Assembly: GCA_965554225.1 (NCBI GenBank)
Contig: CBEVZC010000002.1
Location: forward strand, 746-64,745
From: an uncultured bacterium
GTDB lineage: Bacteria > Bacteroidota > Ignavibacteria > Ignavibacteriales > Melioribacteraceae
DNA length: 64,000 bases
Reading direction: 5' to 3'
The notes under the pieces are model-generated. The model worked only from the letters and a program-made list of their open reading frames with translations, had not been told where the DNA came from and searched no databases. Both the position numbers and the translations under genes were made by a program. Below, piece after piece: positions 29,617 to 38,388 of this stretch (the first letter of the stretch is position 1; every line of letters begins with the position of its first letter).

Positions 29617-29790
29617 ACGTTGAGACGTAAAAACGTAGAGAAGGTGAAACGTGGAAAGGATAGCACACAAATTACACTGATTAATTATGATTTGAGCAGA
29701 TTAAAAATTCTCAATCACTTCCAACTTTAGGCACTTTTAAAAGCTATTTCACAAAGCTGCTCAAAGAAACACTAAGTTACACAAAGGGGA
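29606..29790 (+). repeat. Composite intergenic element, copy A: seven 8-bp GARACGTN units plus four CAMAAG units at exact 10-bp phase
   Basis: The 8-bp array reads gagacgtt|taaacgtt|gagacgta|aaaacgta|gagaaggt|gaaacgtg|gaaaggat (29606-29661) and overlaps the esterase stop codon. CACAAAG/CTCAAAG/CACTAAG/CACAAAG start at 29750, 29760, 29770 and 29780. Block 2 is 36/44 identical to 39388-39431. Confidence 0.65.
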
Positions 29791-29899
29791 ACCTCAATCA
29801 ATTTTTACAATCTATATTTTCTTTTATTACCATCAGTTAATCAGAATTTCCTTAATTTTATAAAGTACATTAAACATGAGTAAAAAGGAGGCATTGAAG

Positions 29900-30955
29900 A
29901 TGCAGCGTAGAAATTTTATTAAAGGTGCAGCAGCTGCAACAATTTTAGGTACAGGTGGATATAAAACTTTAGCCAAAGGAATAATTCAAAAGGAAAGAAA
30001 AAGAAATTCTTTAATTCCCACAAGATTAAAACAGGGCGATACTATAGGGTTAATTGCACCGGGAAGCTTTATTACGGAAGATGAATTAAAAGAATCGGTA
30101 CAAAATTTAAAAGAGCTCGGCTTTAAAGTTACTTATACCAAAAACATCCTAGAGCGTTCGGGGTATTTGGGGGGAACGGATAAGCAAAGAGCCGATGATG
30201 TAAATAATATGTTTGAAAGGAATGATATAGACGGAATATTTTGTGCACGCGGCGGTTACGGATGCTCAAGAATTTTACCGATCTTGGATTATGATAAAAT
30301 AAAAAGGAATCCTAAAGTGATTATCGGTTACAGCGATATAACCGCACTGCTTTACGGAATTTACTCGCAGACCGGAATGGTTTGCTATCACGGACCTGTT
30401 GGGATTTCGACCTTTAACGATTTTAGTATTTATAATATGGAAAATGTTTTGATGCGCCCGTCTGCCGATTTTGAAATGATTAGTAAGCCCGATAAAACGG
30501 ATGATGAATTATATAAAATTTATCCTATACGGTCTGGTATTGCCGAAGGTGAATTGGTCGGCGGTAATTTATCAATTGTCGTTTCACTGATAGGTACTAA
30601 ATATGATATTGATACTGTCGGGAAAATAGTTTTCCTTGAGGACGTTGGAGAAGAGCCGTATAGAATTGACAGAATGTTGACACAAATGATAGAAGCCGGT
30701 AAGTTTGATAATGCAGCCGGAATTGCTCTTGGAGTTTTTAAGCATTGCAGAGTAAAAAAAGAGGACCCTTCGTTTAAAACATCTTTTACATTAAGTGAGG
30801 TTTTATATGATAGACTTTATAAATTAGGAATTCCCGTAGTTTACGGATTGTCATTCGGGCATATTGAAAATAAGTGTACTCTGCCTTTTGGAATTAAAGC
30901 AAAATTAGATGTTACAAACCAAACTCTTACTTTACTTGAGAAAGCTGTTTCTTAA
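29900..30955 (+). CDS. LD-carboxypeptidase (peptidase S66) with twin-arginine signal peptide
   Basis: Start moved to ATG 29900 (AAGGAGG at 29885-29891, 8-nt spacer), giving MQRRNFIKGAAAATILG. S66 motifs are APGSF, GGYGCSRILP and GYSDITAL. Confidence 0.85.
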   Translation: MQRRNFIKGAAAATILGTGGYKTLAKGIIQKERKRNSLIPTRLKQGDTIGLIAPGSFITEDELKESVQNLKELGFKVTYTKNILERSGYLGGTDKQRADDVNNMFERNDIDGIFCARGGYGCSRILPILDYDKIKRNPKVIIGYSDITALLYGIYSQTGMVCYHGPVGISTFNDFSIYNMENVLMRPSADFEMISKPDKTDDELYKIYPIRSGIAEGELVGGNLSIVVSLIGTKYDIDTVGKIVFLEDVGEEPYRIDRMLTQMIEAGKFDNAAGIALGVFKHCRVKKEDPSFKTSFTLSEVLYDRLYKLGIPVVYGLSFGHIENKCTLPFGIKAKLDVTNQTLTLLEKAVS

Positions 30956-30989
30956 ATCTAAAATTTTATAAGATAATTTAAAATAATTT

Positions 30990-33455
30990 ATGTTTGCAGA
31001 TGTTGTGTTCCCTTTGCCGTTTCGCAATTCCTTTTCTTATTCCATTCCTAAGGAATTTGATAATTCCGTAAAAATTGGAGTTAGAGTTGTTGTGCCTTTT
31101 GGGAAAAGAACTTTAACAGGTTATGTAATTGGGATCTCGGAGGAAGCACAGGTAAAAAAGGGAATCAAAAGAATAAAAGATGTTCTGGATGAGGTCCCAA
31201 TATTCAATGAAAATTCATTAAAATTTTATCGATGGATAGCAAATTATTACTTAAGCTCTCTAGGTGAAGCAATTAAAAATTCAATTCCTTACGGTCTGGA
31301 TGTTGAATCGAAAAAAGTTGTTGTTTCCGATAAAGAAATTTGCAGTAAGCTACTTAAGCAAGAAAGAAAACCAAATACCACTAGAGCAAAACTCTTAAAG
31401 ATTTTATCTGAAAAAGAAGTGCATAAAATATCTCAACTGCAAAGAGAAGTAAAGAAAAAATCGATTCACTCTCAATTAAGAACATTGGAAAAAAACGGAG
31501 CTGTTTCAATTCTTAATCATATTGAAGAACCAAAAGTCCGGGAGAAAAAAGTAAAGTTTGTTAAGCTTGTTAAAAGTATTGATGAGATATACAATGCATT
31601 ACCGGAATTAGAATCGCGTGCCCCAAAGCAAGTAGTAGTTCTTTTGGAACTCCTTTCAAAAAAAGATATTCCTGTTCAGCAAAGTAAATTATTAAAAAAG
31701 GTTAATACTCACCAGGCGGCGCTTACTTCTCTTGCTAAAAAAGGTTTTATTGAAATATTTGATAAACGTGTGGAACGGGTTTATAAGGAAACTTACTCTG
31801 AACAAATTAAAGATTTCGAATTAACGCAGGAACAAAAAAATGTAATTAACGAAGTAACCGGTTCTATTGAGAATAATGAATTCAAGACATTTCTGCTGCA
31901 TGGTGTAACCGGCAGCGGCAAAACCCAGATTTATATTGAATTGGCAAAATTAGTTTTGGCAAAAGGTAAATCCGTTATGATTCTCGTACCGGAAATATCT
32001 TTAACACCTCAAATCACTTCACGTTTCTATAATCATTTTAAAGATTCGGTAACGGTTATGCACAGCCGAATGTCGATGGGTGAAAAATACGATTCATGGC
32101 GAGGAATTATTTCGGGGAAGTACACCGTTGTAATTGGTCCGCGCTCAGCTCTTTTTGCTCCGCTTGAAAATACAGGCTTAATTGTAGTTGATGAAGAACA
32201 TGACCAAAGCTACAAGCAATACGATTTAACTCCGCGCTATCAGGCAAGGGATTCGGCAATAGTTAAGGCTAAATTAAATAATTGTCCCGTTATACTTGGT
32301 TCCGCTACTCCGTCTGTTGAAAGTATGTATAATTCTCAAATAGGTAAATTTAAACTACTTGAACTTAAAGAAAGAGTGGATAATGCTAAAATGCCTAAGA
32401 TTCGACTGATTGACATAACGATTGAAAAGAAGAAAAAAAGGATGCACGGAATATTTTCTAATCTCCTTTTAGAAGAAATAAAGAAGCGGTTAGAAAAAAA
32501 AGAAGCGGTGATTATTCTGCAGAATAGAAGAGGGTTTGCCACGCAAGTTTACTGCGAGGATTGCGGACACATAGAAATGTGCGAAGATTGCGATGTATCA
32601 ATGGTGTATCATATAAATAAGAATATCTTGAAATGCCACTATTGCGGTAATACAAAACCCGTTCCCCGTGCTTGCCCGGTTTGCGGTTCGTTAAACATTA
32701 AGTTTTTCGGAACCGGCACTCAAAGGGTTGAAGACGAGCTGGATTATTATTTCCCTAATATCAAGATTGAACGGATCGACTCCGATACATTAGACAGAAA
32801 AGGGAAGTTGGGTTTAATCTTAAACCGGTTTAGAAAAGGTGAAATAGATATTTTATTGGGGACGCAAATCGTTTCCAAAGGTATGGATTTTTCTAATGTT
32901 ACTTTGGTCGGAGTTATTTCTGCGGAAACAACTTTATGGCTCCCCGACTTTAGAGCTGATGAAAGAACCTTCCAATTGCTTACACAAGTATCCGGGCGTT
33001 CCGGCAGAAGCAAAACAGAGGGAGAGGTTCTTATACAAACGCAGAACAGGAAGCATTTCGTCCTGCAAAAAGTATTGTTAAACGATTATAATGGTTTTTA
33101 TGAGAGGGAAATATTGTTAAGGAAGCAAAGTAATTATCCTCCATTTTCACGTTTAGGTCTAATTGAAACCAAAGATGAATATGAGGAAAAAGCCCGCGGA
33201 GCAGTTTCGGATTTTTACAAATATGTAAAAAAACATTCTAAAAATTTAGTTATTGCCGCGCCAACCGAAGCAATCATATCAAAGATAAAAGGGCAGTACA
33301 GATTTCATCTCTTAATTAAAAGTATAAAGGTGAGAGATGCGGGAGGCAAAGAACTAAGAAACGCCGTACTAAATGCGTTTGTAGATTTTAAGCAAAAATC
33401 CCGATATAGAGAGGTAAGACTAATTATCGATATAGATCCGCAGAGCATTATTTGA
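30990..33455 (+). CDS. priA: Primosomal protein N' (replication restart helicase PriA)
   Basis: 821 aa. It has Walker A GVTGSGKT and the DEEH box, the Cys-rich zinc region (CEDCGHIEMCEDCDVSMVYH...CHYCGN...CPVCGS), and SGRSGR. Confidence 0.93.
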   Translation: MFADVVFPLPFRNSFSYSIPKEFDNSVKIGVRVVVPFGKRTLTGYVIGISEEAQVKKGIKRIKDVLDEVPIFNENSLKFYRWIANYYLSSLGEAIKNSIPYGLDVESKKVVVSDKEICSKLLKQERKPNTTRAKLLKILSEKEVHKISQLQREVKKKSIHSQLRTLEKNGAVSILNHIEEPKVREKKVKFVKLVKSIDEIYNALPELESRAPKQVVVLLELLSKKDIPVQQSKLLKKVNTHQAALTSLAKKGFIEIFDKRVERVYKETYSEQIKDFELTQEQKNVINEVTGSIENNEFKTFLLHGVTGSGKTQIYIELAKLVLAKGKSVMILVPEISLTPQITSRFYNHFKDSVTVMHSRMSMGEKYDSWRGIISGKYTVVIGPRSALFAPLENTGLIVVDEEHDQSYKQYDLTPRYQARDSAIVKAKLNNCPVILGSATPSVESMYNSQIGKFKLLELKERVDNAKMPKIRLIDITIEKKKKRMHGIFSNLLLEEIKKRLEKKEAVIILQNRRGFATQVYCEDCGHIEMCEDCDVSMVYHINKNILKCHYCGNTKPVPRACPVCGSLNIKFFGTGTQRVEDELDYYFPNIKIERIDSDTLDRKGKLGLILNRFRKGEIDILLGTQIVSKGMDFSNVTLVGVISAETTLWLPDFRADERTFQLLTQVSGRSGRSKTEGEVLIQTQNRKHFVLQKVLLNDYNGFYEREILLRKQSNYPPFSRLGLIETKDEYEEKARGAVSDFYKYVKKHSKNLVIAAPTEAIISKIKGQYRFHLLIKSIKVRDAGGKELRNAVLNAFVDFKQKSRYREVRLIIDIDPQSII

Positions 33456-33642
33456 AGTACTCAAAATATTTATAGTTAAAATTATGATTTGTGTGAATCT
33501 TTTTAGTGTGCGTTTCCCATGTCCTATTCTTATTGTTTGAATCTATTGTTTTCTTTTAACGTTTTCTAATTCAAAGTAATCGATTATTGAGATAGATTTA
33601 ATGCGATGCACTTAAATTGCACACCGCATTAAAAAGTAAAAT

Positions 33643-34461
33643 TTACATTGCAAAACTGCGTAAGAATGGTACAGCATGTGCGGCAAAATACATCAGTAGA
33701 CTAAATCCGAGCCAAAGTCCAAATACTAACGCAAAATATTTACCGGTAGATTCTGATTTAAACATTTTAGCAAATCCAATACTTATTACTGCAAAAAACC
33801 AAATTGAGAAGATATCCAATTTAGCTAAAAACCAGCCGACCAAAGTTAACCTGTCGGAACTAAGAAAAGAGGCAACACTTGTATCGCGGAATGGGCGGTT
33901 CATTGCTAAAGCCAGAATAACTACAACTATTGCCTGCAAAATTAATATGTAGTAAGGTAAGCCATAGGCAACCATTGCAGAGGAATAAGTCCCTTCTCCT
34001 TTCAGTCCGAGTTTAATAAATAAGTAGAAAACTCCCGATATAATAAAAAACATGAGGAAAACCAGAATAGTTGAGCTTATAGCTGTGAGCAAAGGATTTC
34101 CAATGCCCGACTCCATTCTGTCTCTCATTTTTTCCATTTGCTCATCTGCTTTCTCTTGAGTCATCTGTCCTTTATCAACAAAGCTTTGCATACTTTTTTC
34201 AGTCATTTCCATACGCTTCTCAATTATTGTATTTCTTATCATCGGGTTGCTCATCATAATAATATTTGAAACAACGGCTATTACTATCATAATTAGAACA
34301 GGTATTAACCAATCAACCATTTTGGGTGGGAATTTTGACATTTCCGCAAATGTGCTGCCGGGACTTGTAAAAACGCCGACTAACTTATCAGTATGGTTAA
34401 GTTCGTATTCTTCTTCTGTTGGATTCGAAGTTTGATTTTCTTGGTCTTGAAGTTCGTTCAT
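33643..34461 (-). CDS. Yip1-domain-like polytopic membrane protein
   Basis: 272 aa. It has an acidic N-terminus and then 5 hydrophobic helices, interrupted by a charged coiled segment. The LVGVFTSPGSTF start is typical of Yip1/DUF1282-type proteins. Tentative. Confidence 0.5.
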   Translation of the reverse strand: MNELQDQENQTSNPTEEEYELNHTDKLVGVFTSPGSTFAEMSKFPPKMVDWLIPVLIMIVIAVVSNIIMMSNPMIRNTIIEKRMEMTEKSMQSFVDKGQMTQEKADEQMEKMRDRMESGIGNPLLTAISSTILVFLMFFIISGVFYLFIKLGLKGEGTYSSAMVAYGLPYYILILQAIVVVILALAMNRPFRDTSVASFLSSDRLTLVGWFLAKLDIFSIWFFAVISIGFAKMFKSESTGKYFALVFGLWLGFSLLMYFAAHAVPFLRSFAM

Positions 34462-34584
34462 TTATCTCCTCCTCAAATTGTAAGATAATTTCTAGAAAAA
34501 ATCCATATTTTAAAATAACGATTTTATTTTATCAATATGAAATTTTTTGTACTGCTACTAAGAAGTAATACAAACAAAATTGTT

Positions 34585-34930
34585 TTATTGGGTTTTATAT
34601 ATTATTAAACCTGTAATTCCCTGAATAATTACGATACTCATAATTGTTAAAATTCCCCAAAAGTTACCGATCTTATTTCCGTTAATTACTACATCTGAAA
34701 TATTTTGTATCAGTACAATAACCAAAATCGTTCCACCGAAAGTTATATTTCCTGTTCTTATAAAATAATTGTAGTTCGCGTTCATCAGGTTTAGTAGTTT
34801 TTTCCATTCTCATAATTATTGGTAATAAAGCAAACAATGCTAATAAAGTATATCCTTTATCGCTCCAGATGAGAATGCCGAGAATACAGATTAAGCTAAT
34901 TACAGCTTGAAAATAAAATCGAAAAATCAT
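34585..34930 (-). pseudogene. Small 4-TM membrane protein downstream of the XRE gene, apparently split by a +1/-1 frameshift
   Basis: ORF 34682-34930 has two TM helices and then turns into non-membrane junk (…KPDERELQLFYKNRKYNFRWNDFGYC…). ORF 34585-34785, in another frame, supplies NYFIRTGNITFGGTILVIVLIQ...FWGILTIMSIVIIQGITGLIIY. The two overlap by 104 nt. Homopolymers T6 (34798-34803) and A4 (34763-34766) lie in the switch zone. Confidence 0.45.
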
Positions 34931-35154
34931 TTTTTCTCCTCTTCTATTAATTCGAATATATCTTCAATTCTACAGTTAAAAACTTTTGCCATTTTTAATG
35001 CCAGTTTTACAGACGGATTAAATTTCCCGTTTTCGATGGCATTTATCGTTTGTCTGGAAACTTTAAGTGCAGTTGCTAATTCTTCTTGTGTCAATTCCCC
35101 ATTTTTCAGTCGGTTTAACTTTAGTTTATTTTGTAAACCGGATTTTTGTTTCAT
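34927..35154 (-). CDS. XRE-family helix-turn-helix transcriptional regulator
   Basis: 75 aa. LTQEELATALKVSRQTINAIENGKFNPSVKLALKMAKVF is a canonical Cro/C1 HTH. Its stop overlaps the start of the downstream membrane ORF (ATGA). Confidence 0.9.
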   Translation of the reverse strand: MKQKSGLQNKLKLNRLKNGELTQEELATALKVSRQTINAIENGKFNPSVKLALKMAKVFNCRIEDIFELIEEEKK

Positions 35155-35174
35155 GGTAAACTCAAAAATTGTTT

Positions 35175-35225
35175 AATGTAAATGCAAAGTATTATTTACA
35201 TTTTTTCAAGTAAAGTTTACATTTT
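35175..35225. promoter_or_regulatory. Probable XRE operator/promoter: three TTTACATT half-sites
   Basis: AATGTAAAT (35175-35183, inverted), ATTTACATTTT (35194-35204) and GTTTACATTTT (35215-35225) lie immediately upstream of the XRE start codon. Confidence 0.5.
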
Positions 35226-35263
35226 CCCCAAGGTGTTATTACGTTATTCAAAAAACATTTCGC

Positions 35264-35293
35264 TTGCCAAACCGATTCTGCTAAATAAGTTTG
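35264..35293 (+). promoter_or_regulatory. Promoter-like module, distal copy (TTG - 19 nt - TAAGTTTG)
   Basis: CGCTTGCCAAACCGATTCTGCTAAATAAGTTTG lies about 290 nt upstream of tnaA. It duplicates the proximal module. Confidence 0.4.
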
Positions 35294-35521
35294 GATTTAT
35301 TCGTAACGCAGATTTGTAATCTGCGGAAATGCCTAATATTATTAGCGAGAGAGGACTTTCGCTTTACACAAAAGAGAATCCGTTTATCAATAAGTTTTAG
35401 CTAAAGAATATTCTTAAAAATTGAAATAAATATACACACCATTTAGATCTGGATGTTATCTATAAAACCATTATCCGCGATGGAAACTCTACTCATTTCT
35501 AAATCGACTACAATATTCCGC

Positions 35522-35552
35522 TTGCCAAACCGAATTCTAAAAAGTAAGTTTT
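35522..35552 (+). promoter_or_regulatory. Promoter-like module, proximal copy (TTG - 20 nt - TAAGTTTT) for tnaA
   Basis: CGCTTGCCAAACCGAATTCTAAAAAGTAAGTTTTG ends about 27 nt before the tnaA ATG. AAGGAGG is at 35565-35571. Confidence 0.5.
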
Positions 35553-35578
35553 GATATTATAATTAAGGAGGTATTGTT

Positions 35579-36955
35579 ATGAAAACCATTATTGAACCGT
35601 TTAAAATTAAATCGGTTGAGCCAATACGTTTTACAACCCGGGAAGAACGTGAAAAAATATTGAAAGAAGCAGGTTATAATCCTTTTATGATACGTGCCGA
35701 TGATGTGCTGATTGATTTGCTTACCGATAGCGGAACATCTGCAATGAGCGCTAAACAGTGGGCTGGAATTATGGATGGCGATGAATCATACGCAGGTTCA
35801 AAAAGTTTTTTCAGATTTGAATCAACTGTAAAAAAAATTACGGGACACAAATTTATTATTCCTACTCACCAAGGCAGAGCTGCAGAGAAAATATTATTTT
35901 CGATCGTGGGCGGGAAAGGGAAGTATATTCCTAACAATACTCATTTCGATACAACACGTGCAAATATAGAATTTACAGGCGCCGAAGCTGTTGATTTGCT
36001 TAACGAAACCGGAAAACATCCTGAAATACGCGCTGATTTTAAAGGTAATATGGATGTAGAAGCGCTCGATGCATTTATTAAAAAAGTCGGAAAAGAAAAC
36101 GTGCCGCTGGTAATGATAACGGTTACCAATAACTCCGGCGGCGGGCAGCCGGTTTCTATGCAGAATATAAAAGAAACAAAGGAAGTCTGCAAAAAATATG
36201 GTATTCCTCTTTTCCTTGATGCATGCAGATTTGCCGAGAACGCTTACTTTATCAAATTACGCGAAAAAGGATACGAAAATAAATCAATTTTGGAAATAGC
36301 TCAAGAAATTTTTAGTTATACCGACGGTGCAACAATGAGTGCAAAGAAAGATGCACTCGTAAATATCGGCGGTTTCCTCTCGATGAATAGTGAAAATATT
36401 GCAATGCAGTGCCGTAATTTGCTTATTGTGACTGAAGGATTCCCGACTTACGGCGGTTTAGCCGGCAGAGATTTGGAGGCGGTTGCACAAGGTTTGGATG
36501 AGGTGCTGGATGAGCATTATCTTAGATACAGAATTAAAAGTACTGCATATCTTGGCGATAAAATGACCGATGCGGGAATTCCGATAATTGAACCGCCCGG
36601 CGGGCATGCAATTTATATAGATGCAAAACGGTTTTTGCCTCACGTCCCTCCGTATGAATATCCGGGTCAGTCTATTGTTTGCGAAATTTATTTAGACGGC
36701 GGAGTGAGAGCCGTTGAAATAGGCAGCGTTATGTTCGGTAAATACGATAAAGAAACAGGAAAGCTTATTTCACCGCCGATGGAGCTGGTTAGACTTGCAA
36801 TACCGAGACGTGTTTACACGCAAAGTCATATAGACTATGTTGCCGAAGTTCTTATTGAAGCATATAAACATCGAGATAAGCTTAAAGGATATGAAATAAC
36901 TTACGAAGCTCCGATGCTTAGGCATTTTACAGCTAAATTTAAGCCCTTAAGTTAA
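35579..36955 (+). CDS. tnaA: Tryptophanase (beta-eliminating lyase family)
   Basis: 458 aa. DLLTDSGTSAMS, HFDTTRANIEF, the PLP lysine region MSAKKDALVNIGG, EGFPTYGGLAGRD and the C-terminal LRHFTAKFKPL match E. coli TnaA better than tyrosine phenol-lyase (which has MSGKKDCLV and LRFFTARF). Confidence 0.85.
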   Translation: MKTIIEPFKIKSVEPIRFTTREEREKILKEAGYNPFMIRADDVLIDLLTDSGTSAMSAKQWAGIMDGDESYAGSKSFFRFESTVKKITGHKFIIPTHQGRAAEKILFSIVGGKGKYIPNNTHFDTTRANIEFTGAEAVDLLNETGKHPEIRADFKGNMDVEALDAFIKKVGKENVPLVMITVTNNSGGGQPVSMQNIKETKEVCKKYGIPLFLDACRFAENAYFIKLREKGYENKSILEIAQEIFSYTDGATMSAKKDALVNIGGFLSMNSENIAMQCRNLLIVTEGFPTYGGLAGRDLEAVAQGLDEVLDEHYLRYRIKSTAYLGDKMTDAGIPIIEPPGGHAIYIDAKRFLPHVPPYEYPGQSIVCEIYLDGGVRAVEIGSVMFGKYDKETGKLISPPMELVRLAIPRRVYTQSHIDYVAEVLIEAYKHRDKLKGYEITYEAPMLRHFTAKFKPLS

Positions 36956-37795
36956 ATGCGGAAGAATATGAAATTTGTAAAAAATTATACATACAGCGAC
37001 CGGCACCAAATTTGGCGCTTATTAATTTCCGGTTCCGATAAATTGATTATTGAATTAAGGGACACGGATAAAAAGAAAATGTTTTTCAGCTGTATTGATA
37101 TTCATACCGGAGAAACGGTTTTTTCTAAAAAACAATTAGACGAACCGTACTGGATTGGAATTGAGCAAATCCATAACGATGTAATCTTCTTCCATAAATT
37201 TGCGAAACCGGATATGCCGGGACACCGGGAAATAATTGCTTTTGATATCATTACGCAGGAAATCCTTTGGACATCCGATAAATATACATTCCTCTTTATT
37301 TTTAATGATAAGCTGTATGTATCAACCGAAAGCTTTGAGGGGAACAAATACTATACTCTTGATTATAAAAATGGGAAAGTAATTGAAAAACTAATTGCAG
37401 ATTCAACTGAAATTGCTAAGTTAAAAAATATAGCCGACCAGTCACTAAATTACGACAATTATATTTTCCCGAAAACCTTTGAATCCGGGAACTCCGGTGT
37501 TAGTGAAAATGTTAATATATTGATAGATAAAGAAGCCAAAGACCTTGATATCATTGGAAATATTGAGTATACTGAATTTAGAGGATTGCTTTTATTTAAT
37601 ATACATTTTAAGGTACTTGATAATAGTTTGGTAAATAAGTTTTTTGTTAAAAATTTGGAAACCGGTGAAGAAATTTTTACTGAGGTCTTAAATGCAAATG
37701 TTGATGCTTTTGCACCGGATTCATTTTTCTGTTATAAAAATTATGTATTGATTTTGAAAGAAAAGAAGGAATTATTAGTTTATAAAATTGAATAA
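36956..37795 (+). CDS. DUF4905-like protein
   Basis: 279 aa. The ATG immediately follows the tnaA stop (TAAATG). QIWRLLISGSDKLIIELRDTDKKKMFFSCIDIHTGE...WIGIEQIHNDVIFFHKF resembles the Bacteroidota DUF4905 family. This assignment is from memory. Confidence 0.55.
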   Translation: MRKNMKFVKNYTYSDRHQIWRLLISGSDKLIIELRDTDKKKMFFSCIDIHTGETVFSKKQLDEPYWIGIEQIHNDVIFFHKFAKPDMPGHREIIAFDIITQEILWTSDKYTFLFIFNDKLYVSTESFEGNKYYTLDYKNGKVIEKLIADSTEIAKLKNIADQSLNYDNYIFPKTFESGNSGVSENVNILIDKEAKDLDIIGNIEYTEFRGLLLFNIHFKVLDNSLVNKFFVKNLETGEEIFTEVLNANVDAFAPDSFFCYKNYVLILKEKKELLVYKIE

Positions 37796-37812
37796 TCTTT
37801 CGGGGTGTTAAA

Positions 37813-38388
37813 ATGGATCACTCAATTGAAGAAAGAAAAATCTTATTGCAAGCTGCACGAAAATCAATCGAATCTATTTTTACCGGCAAGGAACCGGACT
37901 CTTGCGACTATGAAAAACATCCTACCTTAAAAGATAATTTAGGAGCTTTTGTAACCCTTACAATTAATAAAAGATTACGAGGCTGCATAGGTTATATCTT
38001 CTCTAACAATACACTTTATGACACGGTCTGTGACGCTGCTGTCCAAGCTGCAATTAACGATCCGCGCTTTTCTCCTTTAACCAAAAGTGAGTTTGAACAA
38101 ATAGAAATAGAAATTTCAATTCTATCCAAGCCCTTTCCAATGGTATCTTACGATGATATTATTGTCGGTAAACACGGGCTGATTTTAGAGGAACCCGGGA
38201 TGCGTGCTTTGCTGCTTCCTCAAGTTCCGGTTGAGCATAATATGGACAGGGACCAATTTTTGAGTGCTCTTTGTGAGAAAGCCGGAGCGTTTCGCGATTG
38301 CTGGGAGCATAAGCAATTAAGAATAAACTTATTTACAGCGGAAGTTTTTTCGGAGAGTAAACCGGAGGGTGAAAATGGAAGTAGTTAG
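37813..38388 (+). CDS. AmmeMemoRadiSam system protein A (AMMECR1 domain)
   Basis: GAFVTLTINKRLRGCIGY and DPRFSPL are AMMECR1 signatures. Confidence 0.88.
   Translation: MDHSIEERKILLQAARKSIESIFTGKEPDSCDYEKHPTLKDNLGAFVTLTINKRLRGCIGYIFSNNTLYDTVCDAAVQAAINDPRFSPLTKSEFEQIEIEISILSKPFPMVSYDDIIVGKHGLILEEPGMRALLLPQVPVEHNMDRDQFLSALCEKAGAFRDCWEHKQLRINLFTAEVFSESKPEGENGSS

Noticed and set aside
29480-29668. Minus-strand ORFs covering the repeat elements (29480-29668 and 39105-39308)
   Set aside because: Both overlap the 3' ends of well-supported + strand genes. The two translations share no similarity even though the DNA elements are related, so the conservation is at nucleotide level, not protein level.
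33600-33632. Imperfect hairpin AATGCG-A-TGCA ... TGCA-CAC-CGCATT between priA and the Yip1-like gene as a terminator
   Set aside because: The stem is interrupted and no T-run follows on either strand, so it is not convincing as an intrinsic terminator. The nearby sequence 33480-33560 has only weak reverse-orientation resemblance to the intergenic element family (shared aattatgatttg and cacacaaat), too weak to call.
33617-33952. Plus-strand 111-aa ORF
   Set aside because: It is antisense to the Yip1-like membrane gene 33643-34461. It has no RBS and a low-complexity translation.
35329-35400. 23-aa ORF (MPNIISERGLSLYTKENPFINKF), together with a 33-aa ORF at 35453-35554, as a TnaC-like leader peptide for tnaA
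   Set aside because: Neither peptide contains Trp or the conserved TnaC W-x-x-x-D-x-x-I-x-x-x-x-P stalling motif. Neither has a convincing SD, although this organism uses strong SDs elsewhere. No Rho-utilisation or terminator logic is visible. Kept only as part of the duplicated-promoter observation.
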